Below, piece by piece: positions 10,660 through 21,596 of a DNA stretch of 64,000 bases. How positions within the stretch are numbered: the stretch's first letter is position 1; each line of letters opens with the position of its first letter. This stretch comes from Andalucia godoyi And28 (Eukaryota > Protista > Jakobida), in assembly GCA_009859145.1 (NCBI GenBank), contig VRVR01000011.1, positions 140,292 to 204,291 of the forward strand. The letters run 5' to 3'. The notes below the pieces were generated by a model. The model ran no database searches and was not told the DNA's origin. It worked only from the letters and a program-made list of their open reading frames with translations. Made by a program: the position numbers and the translations under genes.

Positions 10660-11839
10660 TCAGGAAGCAAATCTCTTCACAAACTTGTGCAAAAGCGTCC
10701 CTTCCTGATTCATTTCATGCGAGGGATCCTCTTGCAGCAGACTGGATGGTGGAAGAACAGGCTCTTGCAGCTCCTCTGATTCTCTCGACAGTGCAAAGTT
10801 GTGGTACGTAGCCCCTCGTTCTTCAAGCATCTCACGCTCAGGAGACGCGATCTGCTCCTTGCGTACATTTTCATAAGCTTTCAGGTTCGTCTCTACAGTC
10901 TGGAACAGCTGGGTCCACTCCGAGGCCGTCTGTTCGCAATCTGCCGCCACTTTGCGAACCCGTCTGCCAACATCGTCCCAATCACACGTTCGCTGCAGTT
11001 CCAAAAACTCTTTTTCAGAAATCGGAATGTCCACTTTTTCTTGAGATGCCTTGCTGAGCAACGCCACTCGAGCGCTCTTCTGCTGCTCAAACAACACGGA
11101 AAGTCTCTCAGATTCCTCGGTCCGCAATCGCGCAACATTCCTCTTCAGCTCTGAAACCTTCATTCGCAATTCTGCCAATTCTTGACCTGTTCAACAATGG
11201 AAAGCGGGCGGACCAAAAAAGAGTTTTTTAATTTTAAAAAAAACTCATCGATTCCAGAAGAGATAGAGAAAACAAGTCAGTTCTGACGGTCTCTTGTGAA
11301 GAAACTATAAGAAAAAGGGAAGACAAACAGAGGAACACGTATGCACCCCAAGAAGAAGAAGAAATAGAACATACGAGAAATGGAAAGATCTTGAGCATTT
11401 CCTCCAAGAACAGCTTCATCTTCTTCCACAAGAGTATTGAGCTGCAAAATAGACGAAATTGTGGATTGCAGACGCGGAATATAGTTCATCATTGCTTTTC
11501 GTTGCGAAGAGTCCAGGCGACGTTGTGTCTGAGCCGATTCAAGATGCGCTCTCGCAGCAACTCGGAACACGTCTTCCAACGTATTCAGATGCGCTCGTTT
11601 CTGAAGTCTGACTTTCATAGCATCCACCCCCTCCCCCGGTCTGATGGCCACAGCACTGTATCTATGTGCAACAAGCAAGCAAAAACTTGATGATTTAAAT
11701 TTCTTTTGTTTTTGTTGTTTCTGTTTGGGTTTTTTTAAATTTATTAATAAAAGAAATGCGTGTGAATATACGAAAAATCAACCAAGAAGAAGGAAGCGTG
11801 AGCGCAGGGAATCGGCAGAAAAGAAGAACGTTACTGCAT
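10660..11839 (-). CDS. NSL1: Spliced NSL1/Mis14-like kinetochore protein (exons 11839-11835, 11661-11375, 11186-10660)
   Basis: ORFs 11277..11678 and 10660..11178 join in frame via a GTATGT..CAG intron (S-R-Q-E-L junction). A possible first micro-exon ATGCA precedes a GTAACG..TAG intron. The pattern KVRLQ..L..L....R.AAR.HL and LRMKVSELKRNVARLR resembles Mis14 (recognised from memory). Confidence 0.55.
11187..11374 (-). other. Spliceosomal intron (188 nt) in the NSL1-like gene
   Basis: GTATGT donor, CTGAC and a pyrimidine-rich interior, CAG acceptor; removal restores one reading frame (phase 1). Confidence 0.8.
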
Positions 11840-12283
11840 CTGTTTTGTTTAGAGTTCATCCGTAGATCCAAGTGAAAGGAATGCCCTTTGTATCAATTGA
11901 GGATAGACCAGGCAAAGGCGAGTTTTTTTTTCCTTTCTGTGTTCCCCCGCCAATGCAAAGCCTTTTGCAGCTGCTCATGATTGTGACTGACAGCTAACGA
12001 AAGTGACAATTAAAACTTTAAAACAGGAATGACAAAAAGTCAATAAACCCTGTGCAGATAAATATTAACAAAACGATCTGTCTCGTTCTTTGAAGTTTCT
12101 TCTTTGCTTCGCTTTTTTCTTCACTTTTTGGATATTTTTTATTTATTTATCATAGCGGGTGTTGAATCCGTCGTGATTTGACGTGTCTGTGCTGTACCTG
12201 CAAGTTTTGTTGTGGTGTTGGTGTTTGTTTTTGTTTTTTTTAAATCATCAAATCTTTTGATTTGTTCTTTTTGTTTGGGTTAT

Positions 12284-12312
12284 TGTGTGTGTGGGTGTGT
12301 GTGTGTGTGTGT
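12284..12312 (+). repeat. (GT)n microsatellite upstream of the MFS gene
   Basis: Directly visible. Confidence 0.8.
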
Positions 12313-12441
12313 GGGCTAGAATATAGAATTAGTGGGGGGGAAAGCTTCTTTGCTTTCTTTTTGAGTTTTTGTTTGGAAACTGAAAAGAGTCACAGCAAGA
12401 AAAAAGAAGAGTGCGTGCAAAGCAAGTGAAGAATCACGAAA

Positions 12442-13938
12442 ATGTCGATCAAAGCCACAATGGTTCGGTTTGCAGACCGGGTGTTCCGTCCGCTTGTATT
12501 GCTCATTTTCTTGACGTTCATCAACTTGCTCAACTACTTTGACCGAGGTGCCATGGGCGCGGTGCTGTCAGATGTAAAGGAGGTCTATAGTATTAGTGAG
12601 ACACAGGCAGGAGCAATTGCGTCTGCGTTCATGCTTGGGTACATGGTCTTCGCCCCGATCTTTGCACAACTGTCGTTCAAGATTCTCCCGACTCGAATCA
12701 TGTTTTTTGGGCTGATGGTGTGGTGTGGCGCTGCGTTTCTGACCGCCTCCGCTCCGGATTTCTATCTCTTCATCATTGGACGATCCATCGTGGGTGTTGG
12801 AGAAGCTGGTTTTTGCGGGCTTGCACCGACAATCATCGATAATGTGGCACCTGTCAAGCAGCGGACTACATGGCTGTCCATTTTTTTCGCGGCCATTCCT
12901 TGCGGATATGCACTCGGATACGTCGGCGGCGGAGTGTTCTCGTCGTATTCGAACTGGAGACTTGTCTTTGTGATGGAGTCGTTCTTGATGCTTCCGTTTG
13001 CAATTATGTGTGTATTTATTCCAAAGAATAGGTCGGAGCGGAAGAAAAAGACCGCATCCGTTGAGCATACGACCTCAGAAAGCGCACCATTGGTTGCGGA
13101 TAGCAATCGAGCTGGTGCAGTCGCAAAGCCGCAGTCGGCTGACGAGGAAGAGAACCACAGTGTCAAGGAAAAGAGGTTTGAGGATTACACATTATGGACC
13201 GCACTCAAGACGCTGTTCACGAACCCCGTATTTATGTATAATTCTTTTGGGTATGCTGCTTTGACTGGCTGTTTGGGGGCATATGCGTTCTGGCTCCCGT
13301 ACTTTATCCACACGTATTATGGTCTCGACGTAGCGCAGGCTTCTATCTATCTGGGCTCTGTCGCATTGGTAACAGGTCTGGGTGGAACAGGTCTCGGGGG
13401 ATACATCCTTGACAGGATGGGCGGTTCGTTCGGAATGATTGGAACTTCCCGATCCCTGCGTCTGTGTTGGATTTTCTGCACTCTTGGTTTCCCTTTTGCT
13501 GTTCTAGCGTTCTTGATAGACAACCTTGTCATCTTCATCATCTTCCTGCTGATTGCAGAGTTCTTCCTGTTCGGCACAACCTCCCCCATCAATGCATCTG
13601 CGCTCAGTTGTGTACCGGAAGCGCTGCGCTCACATGCAATTGCTGTTCAGATCTTCTTTATCCATCTGCTTGGGGATTTTCCCTCTCCTGTCGTTACGGG
13701 TGTGATTGCGGACAAGACAGACTTGTTCTTTGCTTTACTCGTCCTGTCTTTGCTGCTTGTAGTAAGCACAATTCTGTTTTTGATTGCTTGGGTGTACGCA
13801 AAGAAGGCTCTTTCGCAGATGAAGGCTGCAGGCATTGTCGAATCACCAGGACAAGAAATTACGATTTCCCACAAGCCGATTGGACAATCCGCGACAGAGT
13901 CTTATCATTCAAGCGATCCCGTGAACGACCAACTCTAA
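12442..13938 (+). CDS. SPNS: Spinster-like MFS transporter
   Basis: INLLNYFDRG, GRSIVGVGEAG, APTIIDNV, IHLLGDFPSPVVTGVIAD; about 12 TM helices. Confidence 0.9.
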   Translation: MSIKATMVRFADRVFRPLVLLIFLTFINLLNYFDRGAMGAVLSDVKEVYSISETQAGAIASAFMLGYMVFAPIFAQLSFKILPTRIMFFGLMVWCGAAFLTASAPDFYLFIIGRSIVGVGEAGFCGLAPTIIDNVAPVKQRTTWLSIFFAAIPCGYALGYVGGGVFSSYSNWRLVFVMESFLMLPFAIMCVFIPKNRSERKKKTASVEHTTSESAPLVADSNRAGAVAKPQSADEEENHSVKEKRFEDYTLWTALKTLFTNPVFMYNSFGYAALTGCLGAYAFWLPYFIHTYYGLDVAQASIYLGSVALVTGLGGTGLGGYILDRMGGSFGMIGTSRSLRLCWIFCTLGFPFAVLAFLIDNLVIFIIFLLIAEFFLFGTTSPINASALSCVPEALRSHAIAVQIFFIHLLGDFPSPVVTGVIADKTDLFFALLVLSLLLVVSTILFLIAWVYAKKALSQMKAAGIVESPGQEITISHKPIGQSATESYHSSDPVNDQL

Positions 13939-14740
13939 TTATTTTCTTCTTTTTGTGGGGGGTTCTTTTTCGTTTTATCGTCTTCTGTGGCTTGTCTTTC
14001 CTATTCGTATTCTTTGTTGAACTTCGTGTATTGTATGCTTCAGTTTTGGGAGGATTCCTGACAGATTAAAATGTTTGATTAGATTCCATGCAATGGCAAA
14101 TAGTGTGACGACACTGCAAAATGTCGCTTCTTTCTTGTCATCCCATGCATGCAAGCGCTGCATTCTCTGGGCCGATGCATTCATCCAAATCGCAACACCC
14201 ACAAACTACTGCTTTGACCAGCACACAACAACAACAACAACAACAAGGTCTTTGAGGGTGTGTACAAGAACTTGGATTAAAAGTTGGGCTTTGATGAAAC
14301 CTTAAAAAGAACTTAATTTTAAAATATAGGGACGGAAATGATAAAGAACGTGCAATTAATTTCAAGATTTCTGAATTGGCATGCACATTAATTACGAGTC
14401 CTCGGCGACAACCAACCGACATCTGGGTTATCTCGCTCCAAAAATCACAAGAGACGATCCTCCAGCGTGGTGCGAACCGGATGCTGCTGTCCGAAAGAGA
14501 AAGCAATCGGTAACAAATACTATTCTAAAGATTTTAAGAACACAATTGTTGATCCTGAAAAACATTCAAAACAAAACCAATTACAGAAGACATCCACGGA
14601 CGCAACACAAACAAACCAGCTCAGGGAGGAAACTGGCATTGTACAGAAACATCCAACAAATGGCGAAGCAACATGTGCTCGCCACGAGAAAGATGGGCAT
14701 ATGTATAAAAGCTCCACAGCGAAAGAGTACTGCGTGGTAC

Positions 14741-16096
14741 TTAGGACTTGTTGTGCAGTCCATCACGGAAAAATGCAACAACAGCCTCTCGCTGCGCTCT
14801 TGCAACAGCGTCCTTAACGTTCATTCTTTGCTTCACATACTCGAATGCTTGCAGACCGACATCCGGATGGCAGCAGACCAGCAGCCAGTCCTTTTCCTTG
14901 ATCAGGTCCATCATCTCGGCATTCAAAACTCGCTTCTCGCGGTCCGAGCTTTGCCCGTTGAACCCATCTGCCTTTTCACCGTCGTCATCTTGGGAATCCA
15001 GGCTTTCCATGGATTCAAAGGCAGCTGCCTCCGATGCCGAAACATTTGCCTCAAACTCAGGAGAAAATGGCTCTTCATAGCAATCCGGCAAATTGTTCTT
15101 GTCTGCCATATCACGTCGGATGGCTTGCACCAACAGCGAATGGTTCATTCTCTTCCAGAATCCCGGAAGGCGGCCGTCGCGGACCGCAAAGTGAAAAACA
15201 AGAACAAGGACGAGTCTGCAAAAGCGGGCCAAGGACATCCTTCGAGTCGATGATTGCAGCACAAGACTCTGAAACTCGGGTCTCGAGCGAATTACGCTCA
15301 TTTGATCGCTTGTCATCTTTGCATTCTCGAGAAGAGATCGTCTGCAGTCTCGGAATCTGCAGTTCATATTCAGCTGCTGTGCCAGTTCTAACAGGGTAAA
15401 CTCGTTACGAGAAGCAGACTGGGTACTGCTGTTGTTGCCATTTGAGGATGATGGAGATGTCTCATCGTCAGCAACCACTGATTCCGTGGCAGTGGGGGTT
15501 GTGGAAAAAGACGCAGAAGTGCGCCTGGGGGTTTTGGGAGTGGATGCTGTCGGCGAAAGAAGATCCTCCGATGAGCCCCGCTTCCTCGAGGTGAGCGTCA
15601 TCTTTCGGCCCTCCTTCAGTGAAGGAGAAGACGCAGCAGAGGATGACACCGAAGACATGGCAGACGTGGTGGAGAGAGATTCAAATTTCGGAGAGATCAA
15701 AGTCGGACTTGTGGTCAATGTTCGAAACGGAATCTTCTGGGAATCCACAGCGACAAACTCAGCAGGATACTCCGCAGATGTCAGGTAGTCCGACACGTGC
15801 TTTTCATCCTCCTCATTATCGCTGTGTGGGAACGGAGACTGGGAGGAGTTGTCGAAGGCCCAGCGAGCAAACTGCGCATTCTCAAGATCGTCGTCGGTTT
15901 GGTCGACAAACAGAGCAGAGCACAGATCTCCCAAGATCGTGGAAGAGTCAAATGCAACAGGTTCGGACGACTCCTCAAACGAGTCGAACGAGTCGCAGAC
16001 GCTTTGAAGAACAGACGAGCTCATTCTGTCTTCGTGAACTGGAGAAGCGCACGGCGAGTTGAGAAGCGCAAACACAGGAATGTCAATGTGATCCAT
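14741..16096 (-). CDS. Hypothetical protein with Ser/Thr-rich N-terminal half and globular C-terminal half
   Basis: Long ORF 14741..16513; the first 139 codons are T/C-rich non-coding-like DNA, so the start is placed at MDHIDIP (16096). No family recognised. Confidence 0.7.
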   Translation of the reverse strand: MDHIDIPVFALLNSPCASPVHEDRMSSSVLQSVCDSFDSFEESSEPVAFDSSTILGDLCSALFVDQTDDDLENAQFARWAFDNSSQSPFPHSDNEEDEKHVSDYLTSAEYPAEFVAVDSQKIPFRTLTTSPTLISPKFESLSTTSAMSSVSSSAASSPSLKEGRKMTLTSRKRGSSEDLLSPTASTPKTPRRTSASFSTTPTATESVVADDETSPSSSNGNNSSTQSASRNEFTLLELAQQLNMNCRFRDCRRSLLENAKMTSDQMSVIRSRPEFQSLVLQSSTRRMSLARFCRLVLVLVFHFAVRDGRLPGFWKRMNHSLLVQAIRRDMADKNNLPDCYEEPFSPEFEANVSASEAAAFESMESLDSQDDDGEKADGFNGQSSDREKRVLNAEMMDLIKEKDWLLVCCHPDVGLQAFEYVKQRMNVKDAVARAQREAVVAFFRDGLHNKS

Positions 16097-16343
16097 GGTT
16101 ATTTCTTTTTTGGTTTGCGGTGATGTAAACAAAAGGGTACAAGAGCTGACTAAACAAAAAAGCAAATCAAGAAGGAAGAAAGGAAAAGAAAAGAAAGAGA
16201 GAAAGAACAGAGAAGTAAGAAGAAAATAACAGGAGAAACCGAAGAGAAAAGCTTGGATCCGCAACGACGAAGAGGGTATTAGGGGGAGTTTGAACAAACC
16301 TGAACATTTTCGTGTGTTTTTTTCTCTCGCGTTGTCAGTGAAA

Positions 16344-16376
16344 CGCGACTGACCCGCGACTGACTCGCGACTGACC
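16344..16376 (+). repeat. 3 x 11-bp tandem repeat CGCGACTGAC(C/T) in a divergent promoter
   Basis: Directly visible between the hypothetical gene (-) and DNAAF2 (+). Confidence 0.8.
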
Positions 16377-16819
16377 CACTGAGCGTGTGAGGCGGACAGA
16401 TGAGAAAAAGCAGACAAAAGTCCCCGGTTACGACCTGATTGCTGCACACTATGGGTGGTTAGGGCGAAAGAGAAAAAAATAAAAGACATCCTCTTCCGTG
16501 TCACTTTCCTCATTCAACCTGTCAGAGTGACATGTCACATGTTGTGTTGCTTGACCTGTCGAATTATTGTCACTCCGATCATCGCCGGACCTTTATGATA
16601 ATGCTAATTGATCGAGTTGAAACAGCAGTTTCACAAACCGTGTTTCTTTTTTTTCCTCTGCGAGTTCATTAGAGTAGATTTTTTTTGCTGCCTTCTCATT
16701 TTTTATATTGTTATTATTTGCAATTATCATTTCCTTCCTTCCTCGATATCGGTAGTAAGTTGGTATTTTATTTTGTTGAAGGAGATTCCTCGGGTCGGGG
16801 TGGTTTTGAAAGAGAAGGG

Positions 16820-18424
16820 ATGGCGTCAAAAGACTCTGGGAAGGTGGAAATGACGCCGGACGAGATGGATCGCTTTGAAAAGGCAATGAAAGATCCTGAA
16901 TTTCTCAAGCTGTTTGCAGAGTTTGCAAAAGAGTTGGAGAATCCCGAAACAGCTCGGGAGTATAAACAGTATCTCGATCAAGTGGAAGCGGAAAGTGGTG
17001 AGCGACCGAAAGCACCGAATGGCGGCGAGGTGATCTTTCCGGAACCTGGATTTTGCTTCAAGGTAAGCTCGACGGAACTTGGAGGAACAAAGGTGTTTGT
17101 GAATGTGTGTTCCTGCGACAAGATCGATCCTCCGCAAGAAGGTTCGAAGGGCGAGTGGAGAGTGCCACTCTCTTTGGGAGCTGTTCGCAATCTGAAAGAT
17201 GAAGAGAAGAAAGACACGTATCAAGTGACGGACATTGTGTTCAGTCCGGTTGCGCTCACGAAAGGGAATGCAGATGCGCACTTCAAGAGGTTTTTAATTG
17301 ATTTATGTATGGACTACGTCGAACAGAAGCATGGTATCAAGCTGAAGAGAGAAAGCTTCAAGATCATGAAGCGGAAGAGCAAAGGCGATCCGCAGTGGCA
17401 AACGATTCGATCCAAGAATGCTCCGGAACTGTCCACCACGTCTTCTCCTCCTACTCAGAAGAAGAGACAACAACCAGCCCACGAGCCCACCGCTTCTGTG
17501 AGCAAACCTGCTCAGAATAAGAAGATTGTGGAAATTGCATCAAAGAGATTGAGCAAGATTCCGCATTACGAAATTGTGCATGTTGGGAATTTTGAGATCC
17601 AGGACTTCTTGATCAGCGGCCCGTCTTCTGTGGCGCCGAAACGTTACCCGAAGCAGCTTTCTGTCCGCGTCCAACTTCCAGATTGTGAATCTGCTGCGTC
17701 TGTGGACTTGGAGATCGAATCTCAGAAAATGGTGCTTGCGTTTGCCAACGAAGAGTACGACAATTTCGAGATTGCACTGCCGTTTGAAGTGGATTCAGAT
17801 TCTGGATCTGCAAAATTCGACAAGGCAAAGAAAATCCTCAGCATCGAGCTGCCCGTTATCCCTCCAAAGGCTGAGCACAGACCACCGGTCACTGCACCGG
17901 CAGAAGAGACAGCCGCAGCAGTTGCCACTTCAAAGCACGAGGCCGCGCCTGCCGCTCAGGACCGTGTGAATTCTGCTGGCCACGACCAATCCACGACGCA
18001 TTCTGCAGTCGCCGAAGTTCCACAAGCGCCTTCTGTCCACCCGGAAGGAGTGAAGCCGAGCGAGGAGCATAGATCTGTTCCGGCTCTGAAAGAGCAGCCA
18101 AAAGCTGCAGTAGAACGGAATCAGGCCCCTGATCCAGTTCCTGAACCTGCGAAACCGCTCCCCGCGGTCGAATCCAAGAAGAAGGAGGAGATCAAGACGA
18201 CTGGTAAAGACGCCATGGTGCACACCAAGGAGTCTGCCCAGGAGTCTGCTGCTGCCCAGCACACACCGATGCAAGAACGAGGACCCCAGCGTGTCGTTGC
18301 GGCGCAGCCGACAAGCAAAGACGGGAACTTGGCTTCGCAGCGAGCTTCTGTTGGGGATGTGACACTGTCGGAATTCATCTCATCTTTCAAGTTGCGAAAC
18401 ACCTTGGTTTATGATTTAGATTAG
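16820..18424 (+). CDS. DNAAF2: Kintoun/PF13 axonemal dynein assembly factor (PIH1 + CS domain)
   Basis: N-terminal FEKAMKDPEFLKLFAEFAKELENPE, PEPGFCFK, KVFVNVC, WRVPLSLG, CS domain SAKFDKAKKILSIELPV. Confidence 0.9.
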   Translation: MASKDSGKVEMTPDEMDRFEKAMKDPEFLKLFAEFAKELENPETAREYKQYLDQVEAESGERPKAPNGGEVIFPEPGFCFKVSSTELGGTKVFVNVCSCDKIDPPQEGSKGEWRVPLSLGAVRNLKDEEKKDTYQVTDIVFSPVALTKGNADAHFKRFLIDLCMDYVEQKHGIKLKRESFKIMKRKSKGDPQWQTIRSKNAPELSTTSSPPTQKKRQQPAHEPTASVSKPAQNKKIVEIASKRLSKIPHYEIVHVGNFEIQDFLISGPSSVAPKRYPKQLSVRVQLPDCESAASVDLEIESQKMVLAFANEEYDNFEIALPFEVDSDSGSAKFDKAKKILSIELPVIPPKAEHRPPVTAPAEETAAAVATSKHEAAPAAQDRVNSAGHDQSTTHSAVAEVPQAPSVHPEGVKPSEEHRSVPALKEQPKAAVERNQAPDPVPEPAKPLPAVESKKKEEIKTTGKDAMVHTKESAQESAAAQHTPMQERGPQRVVAAQPTSKDGNLASQRASVGDVTLSEFISSFKLRNTLVYDLD

Positions 18425-18528
18425 AAGCTCTCTCTCTCTCTCTCTCACTCTCTCACTCTCTGTGTAAAAAACAAAAATCAGCACCGACTGCCAAAAAGCA
18501 TCTTGGCAAGTTTGAATGAAAATGTTGC

Positions 18529-20958
18529 TCAAGCAGCACGGTGCTTGCGAACCAGCTCCTCCTTGACAGAAGCAGCGGATTGCGGCACGACATCTTCATC
18601 CCAAGTCCGCTTCACGTTCTTCAATTCATAGCAAATGACTTCGTCATCGCGCTGCGGTTCAATTCCAGATCCGTCGAGTTCCAACAACAAGCCACATTCG
18701 TTTCCTTTTGCGACCTTATCGACATCGTCCTGAAACCGCTTCAATTGCGTAACGCGCAAACCCTCGGCAAGAAGAGACCCCTTTCTATATATCCTGTACA
18801 AAGCATCGGCTTTTCCTTTTCCCCACAACATGCCATCTACAACCTTGCATCCGACTACAAGGACGCGGCCCTGCACATTTGCATTTGCAGCAGCCGCATT
18901 TGTTCGCTTCTTTGAAATGTTGAAGATTTCGAGTACTGCAGCCTTTCCGAGAATGCTCTCTTCCGTGCGCGGATCCAAGAAATCAGCAAGATGCTGCTTC
19001 ATATCGTCAACAAGATGATAAATGACTCGATAGGGACGAACAACAACACCCGGAGACCGAGCGAGCACACGCACATTAAACGCGATGACAACCGCCGGGA
19101 GGTCCGCCATACACGCCTCTGACAGCGCAATATCCGATGCAGACACAGGTCCAACGCCTGCATGAACAACTTTCAAGGTGATTTCAGGATGATTCAACTT
19201 TGCCAACGCACCAACAACAGCTTCAACAGAGCCAGAAACGTCCGCCTTCACAATGCACGGAATCTCTTTCTTCTGCATGGATTCAGAAGCTCCGTCAGCA
19301 ACGCTCGAAAGCTTGGACAAATCAAATTGGTACTGTTTCCGTTGCTCGATTGCACCTTTGGAACGTTCCGCAATTTCGCGAGCCTCTTGCTCCGACTCTA
19401 CAACCATGACAATGTCTCCGGCATTCGGCAACTCCTTGAAACCGGAAATGACGCAGGGAACAGAGGGAGAGCATTCCGCCAGATCCTGGTGCTGGGCACC
19501 GTGTGCATGCGAGACCAGCAGCTCAGAAGCTGAAGGATCCCGCATCGCACGGACTTTACCGAACGCAGACCCTGCAACGACAACATCCCCGACCTTGAGA
19601 GTTCCCATGCGAACCAAAACGGTTGCAATCGGGCCCATCGACTTGTGCAAACGAGCTTCCAACACAACACCTCTGGCGCGTCCTTGAACTGGCGCTTTGA
19701 GATTCAAAATCTCTGCCTGGAAATCGATTGCTTCGAGCAGCTTATCCAAATTCAAGCGCTTCAACGCAGAGACAAGAACGGTCGTTGTATCTCCGCCATA
19801 GGGCTCGGGAACCAGTCCATGCTCCATCAGCTCCTGGTAAACCCTCGACAAGTTCTTTTCTGCACCTGACTTATCAATCTTGTTGACGGCAACGATGATT
19901 GGAACCTTTGCGGCCTTTGCATGACTGATTGCTTCCACAGTCTGTGGCATTACTCCGTCGTCCGCCGCGACAACAAGAATGACAATATCAGTGCATTGAG
20001 CTCCCTTGGCACGCATCGCAGAAAACGCTGCGTGACCAGGGGTATCAATGAATGTGATGTATTTGGTACCGCCAGCCGAGTCCGGAAACGAACAACGAAA
20101 CGCACCAATGTGCTGTGTGATTCCCCCCGCTTCATGCGAAACGATGTTTGTGTTTCTCAAGGCATCGAGGAGTGAAGTCTTTCCATGGTCCACGTGTCCC
20201 ATCACAGTCACAACTGGCGCCCTGAGTGGAAACTGCGATACTTGTTCCGACGTGAACACCGGATTGTACTTTTGGAGCAGCTCCCCGTAGGAAAGAGCAG
20301 AGGAACCGTGCGATGATTGATTGTGTGTGGCTGCAGGAGCACCGCTTGTGCCGTTAGCGACATTGTGTGCATTTGAAAAAGGTGACTCTTTTGTTGTGAA
20401 CGACGATGACACGCCTTGCAGCGTTTCCGCTGCGGTTGCTGCGAATGCCCGAATCGGCATGACATCCATATCCATTGCAATTTCTTCTGCTTCGTAAGGG
20501 TTCATGATGTCCTCCTCCTTCACTTTCTGATTATAATACTGTGACTTGGCATTCGAAGTCAAATTCTTGAGAAGAATCTTTGGACGGATTCCCAACGCGA
20601 CGGCAAACTCGCGGATGCTCATAGAATCGACGATTCGCACCGTCTTTTCTGGAGCCACTTCTTCTCGCTTTGACGAATGCCCATGTCGAGGAGCCGATCG
20701 ACTGGACTTGGAAGTTGCTGCTGATTTCATCTTCTGCACTCGATTGGACTTCGACCCAAACGAATAGTGCGGCCCATCATACCCGTCATCATCATTGTTG
20801 TTGTTTTTGGAAGCAGCAGGCCCGCCTCTGCGACTCGCGAATCCACCGGTCGACGCAAAGAATCGCGCCGCTCCACCGACTCGGAGCAATGGCTTAGAAA
20901 TTCCAACAACATCTCCAATGAACCGACTGCATACCAAAGCTGAAGAAAGTCGAAACAT
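18529..20958 (-). CDS. MTIF2: Mitochondrial translation initiation factor IF-2
   Basis: PVVTVMGHVDHGKTSLLD, EAGGITQHIGAF, DTPGHAAFSAMR, NKID; Arg/Ser-rich presequence. Confidence 0.96.
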   Translation of the reverse strand: MFRLSSALVCSRFIGDVVGISKPLLRVGGAARFFASTGGFASRRGGPAASKNNNNDDDGYDGPHYSFGSKSNRVQKMKSAATSKSSRSAPRHGHSSKREEVAPEKTVRIVDSMSIREFAVALGIRPKILLKNLTSNAKSQYYNQKVKEEDIMNPYEAEEIAMDMDVMPIRAFAATAAETLQGVSSSFTTKESPFSNAHNVANGTSGAPAATHNQSSHGSSALSYGELLQKYNPVFTSEQVSQFPLRAPVVTVMGHVDHGKTSLLDALRNTNIVSHEAGGITQHIGAFRCSFPDSAGGTKYITFIDTPGHAAFSAMRAKGAQCTDIVILVVAADDGVMPQTVEAISHAKAAKVPIIVAVNKIDKSGAEKNLSRVYQELMEHGLVPEPYGGDTTTVLVSALKRLNLDKLLEAIDFQAEILNLKAPVQGRARGVVLEARLHKSMGPIATVLVRMGTLKVGDVVVAGSAFGKVRAMRDPSASELLVSHAHGAQHQDLAECSPSVPCVISGFKELPNAGDIVMVVESEQEAREIAERSKGAIEQRKQYQFDLSKLSSVADGASESMQKKEIPCIVKADVSGSVEAVVGALAKLNHPEITLKVVHAGVGPVSASDIALSEACMADLPAVVIAFNVRVLARSPGVVVRPYRVIYHLVDDMKQHLADFLDPRTEESILGKAAVLEIFNISKKRTNAAAANANVQGRVLVVGCKVVDGMLWGKGKADALYRIYRKGSLLAEGLRVTQLKRFQDDVDKVAKGNECGLLLELDGSGIEPQRDDEVICYELKNVKRTWDEDVVPQSAASVKEELVRKHRAA

Positions 20959-21596
20959 CTTTTCCCCCCCAACCAAACCAAACCAAAAAATTAATTTAAA
21001 TTAAAATTAAATTAAAAAAATGCGAGAGAAGACGATCCCAACTCAACCTCCCTGCCCCACGTCTTTTTGCTCTGCTGTTTTCAAAATAGCTGGAAACAAA
21101 GCAAGCAAATAGAATCCCAAGTTATTCTTGCGCTTTCTTGACGAATTGGTTTATGCTTCCTGAAGAAAACAGCAAAAAATAAATCCAAAAATTTAGTCGG
21201 AGAGACAGCTGGGACAAAGACGAGCTCTCGCAGCGATTTGCGAAACTGTGAAGCAAATTGGGCGATTGATTTGTCTGGGTTTTGGTCGGCATTCTTCGAC
21301 GACATGAGCAAGCATCAACCACTACGATGTTTGACGCAAACGAGGTCCAAAAGGGTGCTGCAGGGGAACAACAATTACCTCGTACAGCACCGCAGCCAAA
21401 CACGTAATTCGCTCTTGTATTATATTTAATTTAAACAACAACAAAAAATTCGCAAAAAAAAATTTGAGAAATACGCACAAGAATTTTCTTCTCTCGTAAA
21501 CTTATTCTTGTCAAGTCTTTTCCTCAATTGTTTTTTTATTTTTAAAATTAAAAAAACAAAAAGAAACAGAAAGAAACCACAAATCCCCTGTCAAAG

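Noticed and set aside
14381-15253. 290-aa plus-strand ORF
   Set aside because: Mostly the antisense shadow of the minus-strand gene and its 3' UTR; no motifs.
21081-21403. Short minus-strand ORFs between MTIF2 and NIFK
   Set aside because: Two competing frames, no recognisable family, and the apparent GT..AG pair is only about 21 nt apart.
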